From contig PUKZ01000097.1 of NCBI GenBank assembly GCA_003550725.1, positions 5,884 to 69,883 on the forward strand: a DNA stretch of 64,000 nt, given 5' to 3'. Within the stretch, counting starts at the first letter, position 1. Every line of letters begins with the position of its first letter. The notes under the pieces were generated by a model. That model ran no database searches. It was not told the origin of the DNA and was given only the letters and a program-made list of their open reading frames with translations. Shown here piece by piece: positions 11,284 through 20,768 of the stretch. Made by a program: the position numbers and the translations under genes. Origin of the DNA: Bacteroidales bacterium (GTDB lineage Bacteria; Bacteroidota; Bacteroidia; Bacteroidales; UBA7960).

Positions 11284-12287
11284 TATTTTTTCAGAAAACT
11301 ACAGGTGTTATGTATAGCCTTATCAATTGTTCTAAACTCATAGTTTAATGCTTCCTTAATTTTTTTATTTGAATAGAATGACTGTTTATTTGCAGAGCGG
11401 GCTGTTTCTTTAGTTATTAAAGGCTTCGATTTTACAATAATACTTCTCAGCCATTCGGCTCTCCAGGCTATTTCGCTCAAAAATTTTCCTGCATTATATT
11501 TTGGTGGGGCGATACCATAGTTTTTTGCAATTTTGGTAAAAACGTCCTTATATGAAAGATTTTCACTGTTTACAATAAAACGCTCGTTATTAATATCACT
11601 TTCCATTAATTTTAACATAATATCAGCAACATCTCTAACATCTACGAATCCTGTAATACCGTTGCTGTGAAACTTCAATCCGTCTATTACAGATTTAAAT
11701 ATCTGACCACTCGAGTTTGCCGGATTTCCCGGACCTATAATAATAGATGGGTTTATTACCACTACATTCAGACCTTCTACCGATCCTCTCCATATTTCGC
11801 GTTCAGAATTGAACTTGCTGATAGCATAATAAGAATTGCTGGCCGAAGTTTTCCAAAAAAAACTCTCATCTACTACTTCTCCGGCTTTACTTGCTCCCAG
11901 GGATGAAATACTACTGCAATGACAAATCTTTTCAACATTTTTCTGCAAAGCAGCATTTACAAGGTTTGCAGTCCCATCTACATTTATCCTTAACATTTGA
12001 CCCCTTTCAGAAGGAGAATAAGAAACCAAAGCAGCACAATGATATATCTTCTTAACGCCATAAACACATTCATCTAAACAGAAAATGTCATTTATATCAC
12101 CGTCAAACCATTCTATCTTATCAAACAAAATGTGATTATCATCAGGCCTGTACCATTCAAAAATCTTTTTTACCCAATAAGTAGAGCTACTTTTTCGCTT
12201 TAAAGCCCGAACCTTATCATTTTTTAAAACAAGGTTTAATAACAGATGCGATCCTGTAAATCCGGTACCTCCGGTTACTAATATCAT
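11271..12287 (-). CDS. NAD-dependent epimerase/dehydratase (extended SDR)
   Basis: TGGTGFTG, HCAA, NVDGT.N, YAISK (YxxxK), NPS.I.G, FVDVRDVA. Confidence 0.88.
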   Translation of the reverse strand: MILVTGGTGFTGSHLLLNLVLKNDKVRALKRKSSSTYWVKKIFEWYRPDDNHILFDKIEWFDGDINDIFCLDECVYGVKKIYHCAALVSYSPSERGQMLRINVDGTANLVNAALQKNVEKICHCSSISSLGASKAGEVVDESFFWKTSASNSYYAISKFNSEREIWRGSVEGLNVVVINPSIIIGPGNPANSSGQIFKSVIDGLKFHSNGITGFVDVRDVADIMLKLMESDINNERFIVNSENLSYKDVFTKIAKNYGIAPPKYNAGKFLSEIAWRAEWLRSIIVKSKPLITKETARSANKQSFYSNKKIKEALNYEFRTIDKAIHNTCSFLKKYYAK

Positions 12288-12681
12288 ATGACATTTTATA
12301 AATTAATTAAAACAGCCATAAAAATACAATTTTTCGTATACTATTTACTTTAGTGAGTTAGTAAATTTATTTTATTATTTGACACTTTTTTTTATATCCC
12401 AATAATTTGAAATTTAAATCCGTAGAGTTTTTATATAATTATAATATTTGATAATGTTTTTTGTAAACAAAATCTTTATTTATACGTTATTATTACTGTC
12501 AGATAGAAATCACAAGATTGCTTGTTTTGCATTGGATGACAGGCATTTTGTTGTGCAGCAAGAACTTGCTGCCCCCGGTTGAGTTTTGATTATTTTTTTA
12601 TTTTAACATTACTTTTAAGTACTAAATAAATATTTATATTTGATATAATTAATTAATTTTTTCATTAAACTATACTTTATT

Positions 12682-13185
12682 ATGGATAAAAACATTGCCG
12701 ATATTTTAAAGCAAGCCATAATCATGGAGCATCGGGGCAAATCTTTATATGAGAAGGTTGCCGAGCAAACTGACAATAAAGAAGTCAAAAAAATCTTTGA
12801 TATTATGGCAGAAGAAGAGCAAACACATATAGACTTTTTGTCAAAACAACTTGCTAATTATAATAAGACTCAAAAATTTGACAAAAATGAATTTCAGTCA
12901 AAACAGCATGCAAAAGATGTTGTAAATAATATTTTGACTCAAGAGATCACTGAAAAAATTTCTGGTGCCGGTTTTGAGTCAGCTGCTATTTCAGCTGCCA
13001 TTGACATGGAAAACAAGTCGATAGAAGTTTATTCTGATCAAGCAAAGAAAGCTACAGATCCAAATGCAAAAGAACTTTTTGAGTGGCTTGCAAACTGGGA
13101 GAAAGGACATCATAAGCTTCTTATTGAGCTTGACAAACAACTTACCGAAAAGGTTTGGTATGATAACAATTTCTGGCCGTTTTAG
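12682..13185 (+). CDS. Rubrerythrin/ferritin-like diiron protein
   Basis: Two E...ExxH diiron motifs (IMEH..LY / EEQTH; DMEN..VY / WEKGH); TATATTTG box at 12635-12642. Confidence 0.85.
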   Translation: MDKNIADILKQAIIMEHRGKSLYEKVAEQTDNKEVKKIFDIMAEEEQTHIDFLSKQLANYNKTQKFDKNEFQSKQHAKDVVNNILTQEITEKISGAGFESAAISAAIDMENKSIEVYSDQAKKATDPNAKELFEWLANWEKGHHKLLIELDKQLTEKVWYDNNFWPF

Positions 13186-13203
13186 AGGAAATTGTAATTC
13201 ACT

Positions 13204-16200
13204 TTAAAATTGCCCGGTTAAAACTTTATCAATAAATTTTTCAGCTTTATAAGCATCTATATCCATTGTTGACAGTAAGGCTTTCAGCTGTGTCGTAATT
13301 TCTTCCATTGGAAGAGGCTTGTTATCATCTATGTATCCGTAGTCTACAAGATAGTGTTCAAGTTCAGCAATCTTTGCCTGTCTGAATCCCGGCACCTCTG
13401 AGTTTTTAAGTGCCTGCAATAATTCAACAGGATTTCCATTATACTGGTAAAGTTTGTCAGCAACCTCATCAATAAAGCTCTCAGACACTGCTCCTGACTG
13501 CTCTAACACCTCGCGGTCAATAGGCTTCGGACGTCCAATACGGTATAACTCAACAAAGCGTTCAAGAAGCCTAACTTTTTCATTGATGAGATTAAACTCA
13601 TTATCATCTATACCCTCTATATGCCCGTCATTATCAAAAAATGATTTTAACTGACCCCAGTAAACGATGTTCTTTTTAAGACAATTATACAATACTGTGC
13701 TATCCTCAAGCAAATGCCACAAATGTATCTGTTCAGGCTCATGCTGAAGAGGATCAAAAGTGTCTGCACCGATAAATTTCCCATAATCATGGTAACTTTT
13801 TCCATCCGGAGCCAGTATCTCCAAAGCAAACTTAACAGAATCAATGCTATATCCGGTTTTATTAAAATCATAAGCAGGGTGGTCGTATTTTTGGCTTGTT
13901 AGTGTATATATTTTATAATTAACATCCGGAATTATATCAAGGTATGTTTTCCATTTAACGACTTCGTCTTCCTGTGCTGTGAAATAAAATATCTGCCTTC
14001 CGTTTTTGCTTATTTCAATCAATGCTTCAATGATAGCTTTAGCCCTTATATCGTCACTGTTTGCCAAAAGTTCATCAGCCAGTAACGGCAGCTTCATTAA
14101 AGGTTCAATAGTTTCAATAAATGCAAGCCGTACAGCCAATAGAAGTTGGATCCGTGTTCCGGTTGATAATTCATCAAGAGGTTGTTCTTTATGCAACACA
14201 TTGTCAAAAGCACTAAAAGCTGCATCATCACTGTCATCCAGTATTAAGTCATATCTGCCGTTTGTGATGCGGTTAAGCAGTTTTTTTGCATGGTCAAACA
14301 CTTTTGGGCGATTCTTATCGCGGGTAAAGCTTTTTAGTTTGTCAACAATAATGTTTCCTGTTATTGACGAGAGATTATTTTCATAAAGCTGATGAAGTTT
14401 ATTTAAAGCTTCATCTTTTTCTTTTAAGGCATTTTCAAGATCAGCGCCTTCTTTTGCTAAATTAATATGGGCTTCAATAGCCGTTATATTTTCCTTAAGT
14501 TCATCCAATCTGTTTGCAATTTCAGTATTTTCTTTGATAAGTTTTTCGGTTTCATCATGTGTTAATGTTTCAACTTCCATGGCACGATAATCGTATAAGG
14601 AATGTGCCTTAACTGCTTTTTCCTTTTCAGCCAGACTTTTCACTGCAAAATCAAACTCCTGCTTTGATTTTTTGTAGTTGTCAAGCTGCTCTAATAAATT
14701 ATTAACCTCTTCTTTTTGCCCGAAATTTATATCCAGCTTATTATAAATGTTTTCAAGCTTTTGAGTGTTTTCGCCTTTTTGAATTTCATTTTCCTTAACT
14801 TTCTGCTTCTGGCTTGTTATTTCTTTTACTGCATCCCTGCGTTTAAATTCATCTTCTTTAAGTTTTTTGAATACTGCTGAGGCTTGTGTTGCATCTTCAA
14901 CAGCTTCCAGCTTATAGCCGGAAAATATAGTATTTATTCTTTGTACATTCTTCTTCCATAATTCATAATAATCATTCCTGCTTGCTTTTAAAGCTTCCGC
15001 TTCGTTATGGTTTTGTTGCCAATCGTATATATTCTTTAAAAACCAATACAACTCGCTGTAATTTTTTAGATTATCGGTGGGGAGTTCGGGCATCAGTTTT
15101 AATTTTTCCTGCCAACTGGTATATTGATTTTTGATATTATCCAGCCTGGGTTGCAATTCTTTAAGTTCATTTTCAATTATATGAATTCTGCGATTGATAT
15201 CTTCCTGCGTTTTTGCTAAAATAAGTTCCTCGTTTAATTCATCCAGTCTGTTGGCAACATCTTCGGTAGTCCATTTTGCCGGTGGCCTTAAGCCGGTTTT
15301 TTCAAAATCAGTTTTTCTAAGGTCTCTTTCTTTTTTAGGTTTTGCTGCTAAAAGATAAATTGCAGGTATAGCAAATAAAGATGCTACAACCAAACCTGCA
15401 ATCCATGAAAAATATGTTGCAATAGCCGTAATAATAACAGCAGCCGGTAGGGCTATCAGCCATTTTTTTGAAATATCTTTTTGCGATTTTTGTTCCTGCA
15501 GCCAATAGCTTAAGGTAGTTATTGCTTTATAAATATTGTCGCTCTCTACCTGTTTTTCAATTAACTGATCTTTTAGCTTTTCATACTCCGTATTGAGATA
15601 TTTCTTTTCGCTTAAAGCCTCATGTGCATCGTAAATGAATTTGTCAAGGCCCGTAACATCATTGAGTTGAAGCCCTTTAAATTCGGATGAATCAGTTGTT
15701 TTGTCAATGCTTTTAAGAGCTTCAAGTTTTTTTGCCTCTGAATGTGAAATCTTGTTTTCGGTTTCATGCACTTCACGCTCCAGATCAGATGCTTTTTTAA
15801 TCCTTTCTTCCAGTTCGGTCAATATTTCATCCTCAACACTGGTTTCCGGTATTTTAAGCGAAGAAATAGTTTCATTATTTCTTTCAATTTCCTGCTCAGC
15901 TGTTCTGATATTGTTTTTACAGCTTTCGATACTTTTTTCAAGTTCTTCAATATTATTATATTCTTCACCGGTTACTTTTTCAAGAACCGCCGGAAACTTT
16001 TCAAACTCTTCTTTTTTTAATTCGCAATCCTGGCGGGCTTTGATATATTCAGCAGTTAGTTTATAGAATTCTTTTAAACTTTGAGCCTTTTCAGCTTTTT
16101 GTTTTTCTTGCTTCAGCTTATCAAGTTGTTGTTCATCATTTTTAAGGTTACGCTGCTTTTGTTCTTTTTCATTATAATTCTTTTCGGCTTTTTCAAATTC

Positions 16201-16677
16201 TTTGAATTCACTAATTCCTTTGCGTTTAATATCACCGGAATATTCGAGGTTTTCGCGGGCTTTGTCGAGGTCAACTCCGCCAATCGATTCTTTAACTATT
16301 TTTTTGGCAAGTCCGCCTTCATCTTCTGCAAACAGCTCGTGCAATGCCAGCATGTACCGGTTTGAGTCTTCGGCAGCCGGCAGCCCGGTTAATTCATCCT
16401 TAATACCATCACGCAGTAAAGTAATATTTTTGGAGTCAATCTTAACTTCCCATCGTTCTTTATTAATATTCAACAAACTATCAGCCCGGATGCCTTGTGT
16501 TTTATTGTGCCAAATTATTTGCTGAATAAGCCTTGCTGTGGAGCTTTTGCCTGATGCATTTGGACCTGCGATTATATTTATATTAGTCGCCAGATCTTTA
16601 TATGGTTTCAATCCTTGTGGTAAACCCGGCATCTTTCGGATAGATAGTTCTTGTAGTATGAGTGGGGTTTTTTGCAT
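13204..16677 (-). CDS. YhaN-like SMC/Rad50-family ATPase (AAA_27) with long coiled coil and internal TM hairpin
   Basis: Walker A GPNASGKS, signature LSTGT, Walker B LLADE, extensive heptad coiled coil, hydrophobic segment near aa 408-445. Confidence 0.82.
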   Translation of the reverse strand: MQKTPLILQELSIRKMPGLPQGLKPYKDLATNINIIAGPNASGKSSTARLIQQIIWHNKTQGIRADSLLNINKERWEVKIDSKNITLLRDGIKDELTGLPAAEDSNRYMLALHELFAEDEGGLAKKIVKESIGGVDLDKARENLEYSGDIKRKGISEFKEFEKAEKNYNEKEQKQRNLKNDEQQLDKLKQEKQKAEKAQSLKEFYKLTAEYIKARQDCELKKEEFEKFPAVLEKVTGEEYNNIEELEKSIESCKNNIRTAEQEIERNNETISSLKIPETSVEDEILTELEERIKKASDLEREVHETENKISHSEAKKLEALKSIDKTTDSSEFKGLQLNDVTGLDKFIYDAHEALSEKKYLNTEYEKLKDQLIEKQVESDNIYKAITTLSYWLQEQKSQKDISKKWLIALPAAVIITAIATYFSWIAGLVVASLFAIPAIYLLAAKPKKERDLRKTDFEKTGLRPPAKWTTEDVANRLDELNEELILAKTQEDINRRIHIIENELKELQPRLDNIKNQYTSWQEKLKLMPELPTDNLKNYSELYWFLKNIYDWQQNHNEAEALKASRNDYYELWKKNVQRINTIFSGYKLEAVEDATQASAVFKKLKEDEFKRRDAVKEITSQKQKVKENEIQKGENTQKLENIYNKLDINFGQKEEVNNLLEQLDNYKKSKQEFDFAVKSLAEKEKAVKAHSLYDYRAMEVETLTHDETEKLIKENTEIANRLDELKENITAIEAHINLAKEGADLENALKEKDEALNKLHQLYENNLSSITGNIIVDKLKSFTRDKNRPKVFDHAKKLLNRITNGRYDLILDDSDDAAFSAFDNVLHKEQPLDELSTGTRIQLLLAVRLAFIETIEPLMKLPLLADELLANSDDIRAKAIIEALIEISKNGRQIFYFTAQEDEVVKWKTYLDIIPDVNYKIYTLTSQKYDHPAYDFNKTGYSIDSVKFALEILAPDGKSYHDYGKFIGADTFDPLQHEPEQIHLWHLLEDSTVLYNCLKKNIVYWGQLKSFFDNDGHIEGIDDNEFNLINEKVRLLERFVELYRIGRPKPIDREVLEQSGAVSESFIDEVADKLYQYNGNPVELLQALKNSEVPGFRQAKIAELEHYLVDYGYIDDNKPLPMEEITTQLKALLSTMDIDAYKAEKFIDKVLTGQF

Positions 16678-16777
16678 TTTGAAATAAATTGTTTTAGATA
16701 TTTAGATTAATAACCCTATTCTATTGTTTTGTTTAGTTGGTCTTTTGCTTATTTTTTTCATCAATAAAAAAGCTCCA

Positions 16778-16817
16778 CGCAAAAACCGCAAAATATTTAA
16801 ACGCAAATTACGCAAAG
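16778..16817. repeat. Left arm of ~40-bp inverted repeat flanking the GxxExxY gene (four CGCAAA units)
   Basis: cgcaaaaaccgcaaaatatttaaacgcaaattacgcaaag; near reverse complement of 17200-17240. Confidence 0.85.
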
Positions 16818-16818
16818 C

Positions 16819-17196
16819 TTATAGATTATTAACTACTCTATGAACATTGTTTCTTAAAGTTTTTGAGTTAAAGTTTATTAATAAGCCTAATTTTATACCT
16901 GATAATTTTAAATATGTTAATAACTGGGCATAATGCACCGGGGCTATTATTTCAACAGCTTTTATTTCTATGATTAGCTTGTTATTAATAAGTAAGTCGA
17001 TTCTGTATCCCACTTCTTGCTTTACTTTCTTGTAAATAAAAGGCATTGGAAATTGTTGTTTAACATCAAATCCCAATTCTTTCAGGTCATAAGCTAAAGC
17101 ATTTTCATATGCTGACTCTAATAATCCAGGGCCAATAGTTTTATGGATATCTATTGCTGCACCAATTACTTTATAAGATATTTCATTTTCTGTCAC
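16819..17196 (-). CDS. GxxExxY protein (PD-(D/E)XK nuclease-like)
   Basis: GPGLLESAYE, YRIDLL...IEIKA, QLLTYLK, GLLINF; GTG start. Confidence 0.95.
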   Translation of the reverse strand: MTENEISYKVIGAAIDIHKTIGPGLLESAYENALAYDLKELGFDVKQQFPMPFIYKKVKQEVGYRIDLLINNKLIIEIKAVEIIAPVHYAQLLTYLKLSGIKLGLLINFNSKTLRNNVHRVVNNL

Positions 17197-17199
17197 TGT

Positions 17200-17240
17200 C
17201 TTTGCGTATTTTGCGTTAATTTAATTTTGCGGTTTTTGCG
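17200..17240. repeat. Right arm of inverted repeat flanking the GxxExxY gene
   Basis: ctttgcgtattttgcgttaatttaattttgcggtttttgcg. Confidence 0.85.
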
Positions 17241-17255
17241 AGGAATTAAAACTAT

Positions 17256-18557
17256 CTAGCTTTCTTGTTGTTGCATCCTCAATTCTGCCAGCAACCTGTT
17301 ACATTCCTTTATTATATACTCTTTTGCGTCTTTATCGGGTATTTTATTGAAGTTTTTAACATTGTGAAAATTGTGCAAAGGTTGGTAAGTTCCTGAACCG
17401 GATACTTTTTTAAAATTATCTTCCCATTCTTTTTTAATTTCATTCAGAAATTCCGTATCAGTGCCATTTTGTAATGCCAATATAGTTTCTGCCAGCAAAC
17501 CTTCGGGCGAGGGTTGCTTCGCAAGTTCTTCGAGATTTTCAATTGCAGGTTTTACAAAGTTTTCAACTTCCCTGACTAAAAATTTAGTTCCGATATCCAA
17601 TTTCCCGTCATAATCGGTAAGTGATGCCGTCCATTTATCCAACTCTTTAATTTTGGAATGAACACCTTCCAGATATACGTCATAAACCAAAAACTCAACA
17701 TTTTCCAGCTCATCAATAATTTCATTGGCATTACCAGATAAAGCCATGGTTATTTTATCCCTTAATGTGATTTCATCATCTGCATTTATGACATTAACAA
17801 CAATACTCTCATATCTAACCGGCGATAAAGGGATTGTTTTAGTATTTATTCTGCCATTATCATCAATCTCCATCAATACAGCCCCATGAATTCCCGGTTC
17901 TTTTGCGCTAAAAGCATGAGGGGAGCCGGGGTAAAAAATGTACGGGTTATCTTTTTTCAATATATCAGGCTTGTGGATATGACCGAGAATCCATGCATTT
18001 AAGTTTTTGTTGGCAAGATTATTTAAATTAACCGGGGCATAAGAGCTTTTTTGGTCATAAACATCACAGTGCAAAATTCCAATAGCCGGGTAATTTGGAT
18101 CAATACTGATATTGTTAAAACTAAAAAGCGGGTCTTCTTTGATATAGCTTTTAGGAAATGACCAGCCTGCCAGTTGTATATGGTTGTTGCCTTTGGAAAG
18201 CTTCTTCAATTCCCATTTTCCTCCGGCTCCGAGAAGGTTAACGTTATCATATTTTTCATTGCCGGCAATCTGTGCAAGCACATCAAAGTCGTGATTCCCT
18301 GCCACCATATATACAAATATGTCAGCCTTTTTTAATTCCTCAAAACCTGCTTGTAAAGGCCCAATAGCCTCAAAATAGCGGTTATCACGATCCACAATAT
18401 CTCCGGCAAGAATAAGCGCATCAACATTTTCATCGACGCAAAGTTTAACAAGGTTGCTCCATGTATGTTTTGATGAGCTTTGCTCAACATTTTCAGGTAT
18501 ACCGCGTGACTTTCTTCCAAGGTGAAGGTCTGATGTTGTAATTAGTTTTAAAGTCAT
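17256..18557 (-). CDS. YhaO-like Mre11/SbcD-family DNA repair exonuclease
   Basis: SDLHLG, AGDIVD, AGNHD, LH, LGHIH, YPGSP motifs; partner of the downstream SMC ATPase. Confidence 0.88.
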   Translation of the reverse strand: MTLKLITTSDLHLGRKSRGIPENVEQSSSKHTWSNLVKLCVDENVDALILAGDIVDRDNRYFEAIGPLQAGFEELKKADIFVYMVAGNHDFDVLAQIAGNEKYDNVNLLGAGGKWELKKLSKGNNHIQLAGWSFPKSYIKEDPLFSFNNISIDPNYPAIGILHCDVYDQKSSYAPVNLNNLANKNLNAWILGHIHKPDILKKDNPYIFYPGSPHAFSAKEPGIHGAVLMEIDDNGRINTKTIPLSPVRYESIVVNVINADDEITLRDKITMALSGNANEIIDELENVEFLVYDVYLEGVHSKIKELDKWTASLTDYDGKLDIGTKFLVREVENFVKPAIENLEELAKQPSPEGLLAETILALQNGTDTEFLNEIKKEWEDNFKKVSGSGTYQPLHNFHNVKNFNKIPDKDAKEYIIKECNRLLAELRMQQQES

Positions 18558-18706
18558 GATTATGTCAAAAGTTTGGTATTAGCTTTTAAAATTAGCATTT
18601 TATCTTTTACAAATATAAATTATAACTACGTCAAACTATGTCATTATAGCGTTTTTTGTATAAAAAATCATCATTCATTAATCGATATTTATTAATCAAA
18701 TCGCAA

Positions 18707-18992
18707 CACTAGTGTCCGATTAAAATTAGTTTTACTGTTTGTTTCTATTTAATACCAGTCATTACAAAAGAATTTAAAATTATTTGATTATAAACTTAAA
18801 TTAATTTTAGCCATTAAGACTTTAACCCTTTTGGATACATTTTTTCATTACCCCTCTGGTTTGTAAACAATTTATCCAACAGGGCAGGGACTCGAAGATT
18901 CGCAAAGAATATAGTGTCAATAAGTTACGCTTTGTGTTTCTTTGTGTTTTCGTGTCTTGGTGGCAAGATTAATTCTTAACCGGACACTAGTG
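18707..18992. mobile_element. Non-coding MITE-like element with terminal inverted repeats
   Basis: CACTAGTGTCCG (18707-18718) is the perfect reverse complement of CGGACACTAGTG (18981-18992), extending imperfectly to ~22 bp; no ORF inside. Confidence 0.6.
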
Positions 18993-19054
18993 GAATAACA
19001 TTTTATTATAAAAAACATATAATTTTTCAAGCATTGTTTTAAAAGGGTATAAAT

Positions 19055-20017
19055 TTATTTGTTGTACCATAAACTTTTGTTTTTCAGATAATGATTGTGT
19101 TTACATTCTTCACACCTGTTATAAGCTTCTTCCCGTAATTGAGCTTCCTGTTTTCTATTATAAAAAAACGGGCATATTTTACATGGTATGATGCTTGTTT
19201 TCAGATGAACTTCGGGCGCTTCTAATAACCAGCTCATGGAAGTGATAATGTTCAGTGGGGAGCTGGTACCAATTCTGAAGAGGTTGGGTTTTTGCAATTT
19301 TTCATCTTTTGCACCGGCATAAAATAATCTCATTGCTGTCATAGCGTCTGATATTCCACCGGCGGCTTTAATACCATGGTTGTTGCCAATCACCTCACGC
19401 ATTATACTTATGTGTTCGGGTAAAGCACCATATGTATCCTTGCCTGTAGAACTTTTTATAAAAGTTGCTTTTGACATAGCAAATATTTCGCATATTTTGT
19501 AAAGTTCTTGCACTGTTAACTCAGATGATCGTATAATAACTTTTACCTCTTCATTATCAGCAGCATCACAAACCGCATTTATTTCATGAATAGTATACTG
19601 GGGGTCTTCTTTGAAACGACCGATATTTATAACCATATCGAGTTCAATGTTTCCTTTATCTTCACCTCTGAGGCTGCGGCTTTTTTTTATTATACGCTCT
19701 GCTTCAATAGCTTTTTTTTCAATATCAGACTCTCCAAAAGGAAAATCTATTACATAACATTCTTTTATACCTGAGCTTTTTAATGCTTGTGGTAAAATGT
19801 TGATGCCGGCAATCGGGTTAACACATACAGATGCACATTTTAATGATTTAGCCAAATCAACCATTTTTAAAATCTCTGATTTTTGTTTATTTTCTTGCAG
19901 ATAGGTAGCATCGAGAAATGAAGCTAACCTGTCAGGAGTAAAAGACTCTATTAGTTTTTGCATTTCATCTATGGGAAATGTAACTAAAGGTGTTTCAGTA
20001 CCGGCAGATTTTTTCAT
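19055..20017 (-). CDS. deoC: Deoxyribose-phosphate aldolase (DeoC)-like protein with Cys-rich C-terminal extension
   Basis: SVCVNP, VIDFPFG, ELDMVIN, KVII, FIKSSTG (Schiff-base Lys), GIKAAGGI, RIGTSS. Confidence 0.72.
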   Translation of the reverse strand: MKKSAGTETPLVTFPIDEMQKLIESFTPDRLASFLDATYLQENKQKSEILKMVDLAKSLKCASVCVNPIAGINILPQALKSSGIKECYVIDFPFGESDIEKKAIEAERIIKKSRSLRGEDKGNIELDMVINIGRFKEDPQYTIHEINAVCDAADNEEVKVIIRSSELTVQELYKICEIFAMSKATFIKSSTGKDTYGALPEHISIMREVIGNNHGIKAAGGISDAMTAMRLFYAGAKDEKLQKPNLFRIGTSSPLNIITSMSWLLEAPEVHLKTSIIPCKICPFFYNRKQEAQLREEAYNRCEECKHNHYLKNKSLWYNK

Positions 20018-20768
20018 GCTTATACTTATTATGATATTTTAATTTTTTCAGGTGAATATTTTTGTAAATCTAATAAAAAATATGTTTTGATTAGATAGTT
20101 TACATATTTTTGAAAATATAAATAATTCCTTGACAATTTCAGGTAATACGCCTCATGTTTTTTTAAATATCCTTTATGAATATCCAGGTGGTATAAAATT
20201 TAATTTTGTTATTGGCTAGTATTTCCTTAACTTTGTTTTTTACTCTTAAAAACAATAAATAAATAGAATATCAAATATGGTACAATGCAAATTATTTATT
20301 CAAATGTTTAATTTTTGTAGTTTAAGGAACATATTTTTATTTGCCTTTAAAAACAATATGCTACGCTGAATTTGCATTTTAACCGGATATTTTATTTAGT
20401 TTGTTTTATAATTAATGCTATTTTTCTGCTGGAGGATTCAGGACACTATAGTTTTAAAATTTCCAAAATCGTAATTATGGCTGATTAGTTTAAGTAATGA
20501 AACCCTCATTAACCAGTAATAGTAGTGTTTGTCGAGTAAAAAGTTACGAGTAGTGATTTATTTGATTTGTAGGTGTTGAATGATAAAGTACATTATAGAA
20601 GTTGATTTGATGATTTTGATGGTTCAGTTAAGTAAAACCTGTTATCGGTTACTCGTTGAGCGGCAGCGAAATTTCGATTTTCCGGGGTTGCCTGCCAATA
20701 AAAATTTAGATATCTAAACAATATATATAAATCATTGTAAAACAGTTTAATAACCATAATTTATTCAG

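Noticed and set aside
12454-12582. 42-codon ORF and gcagcaag-aa-cttgctgc palindrome upstream of the rubrerythrin-like gene
   Set aside because: No recognisable homology or start signals; the palindrome may be an operator, but one instance is insufficient.
13204-18557. SMC ATPase + nuclease as a Wadjet/Lamassu-type defence system
   Set aside because: Motifs and the internal TM hairpin fit YhaN/YhaO; no kleisin, KITE or effector genes adjacent.
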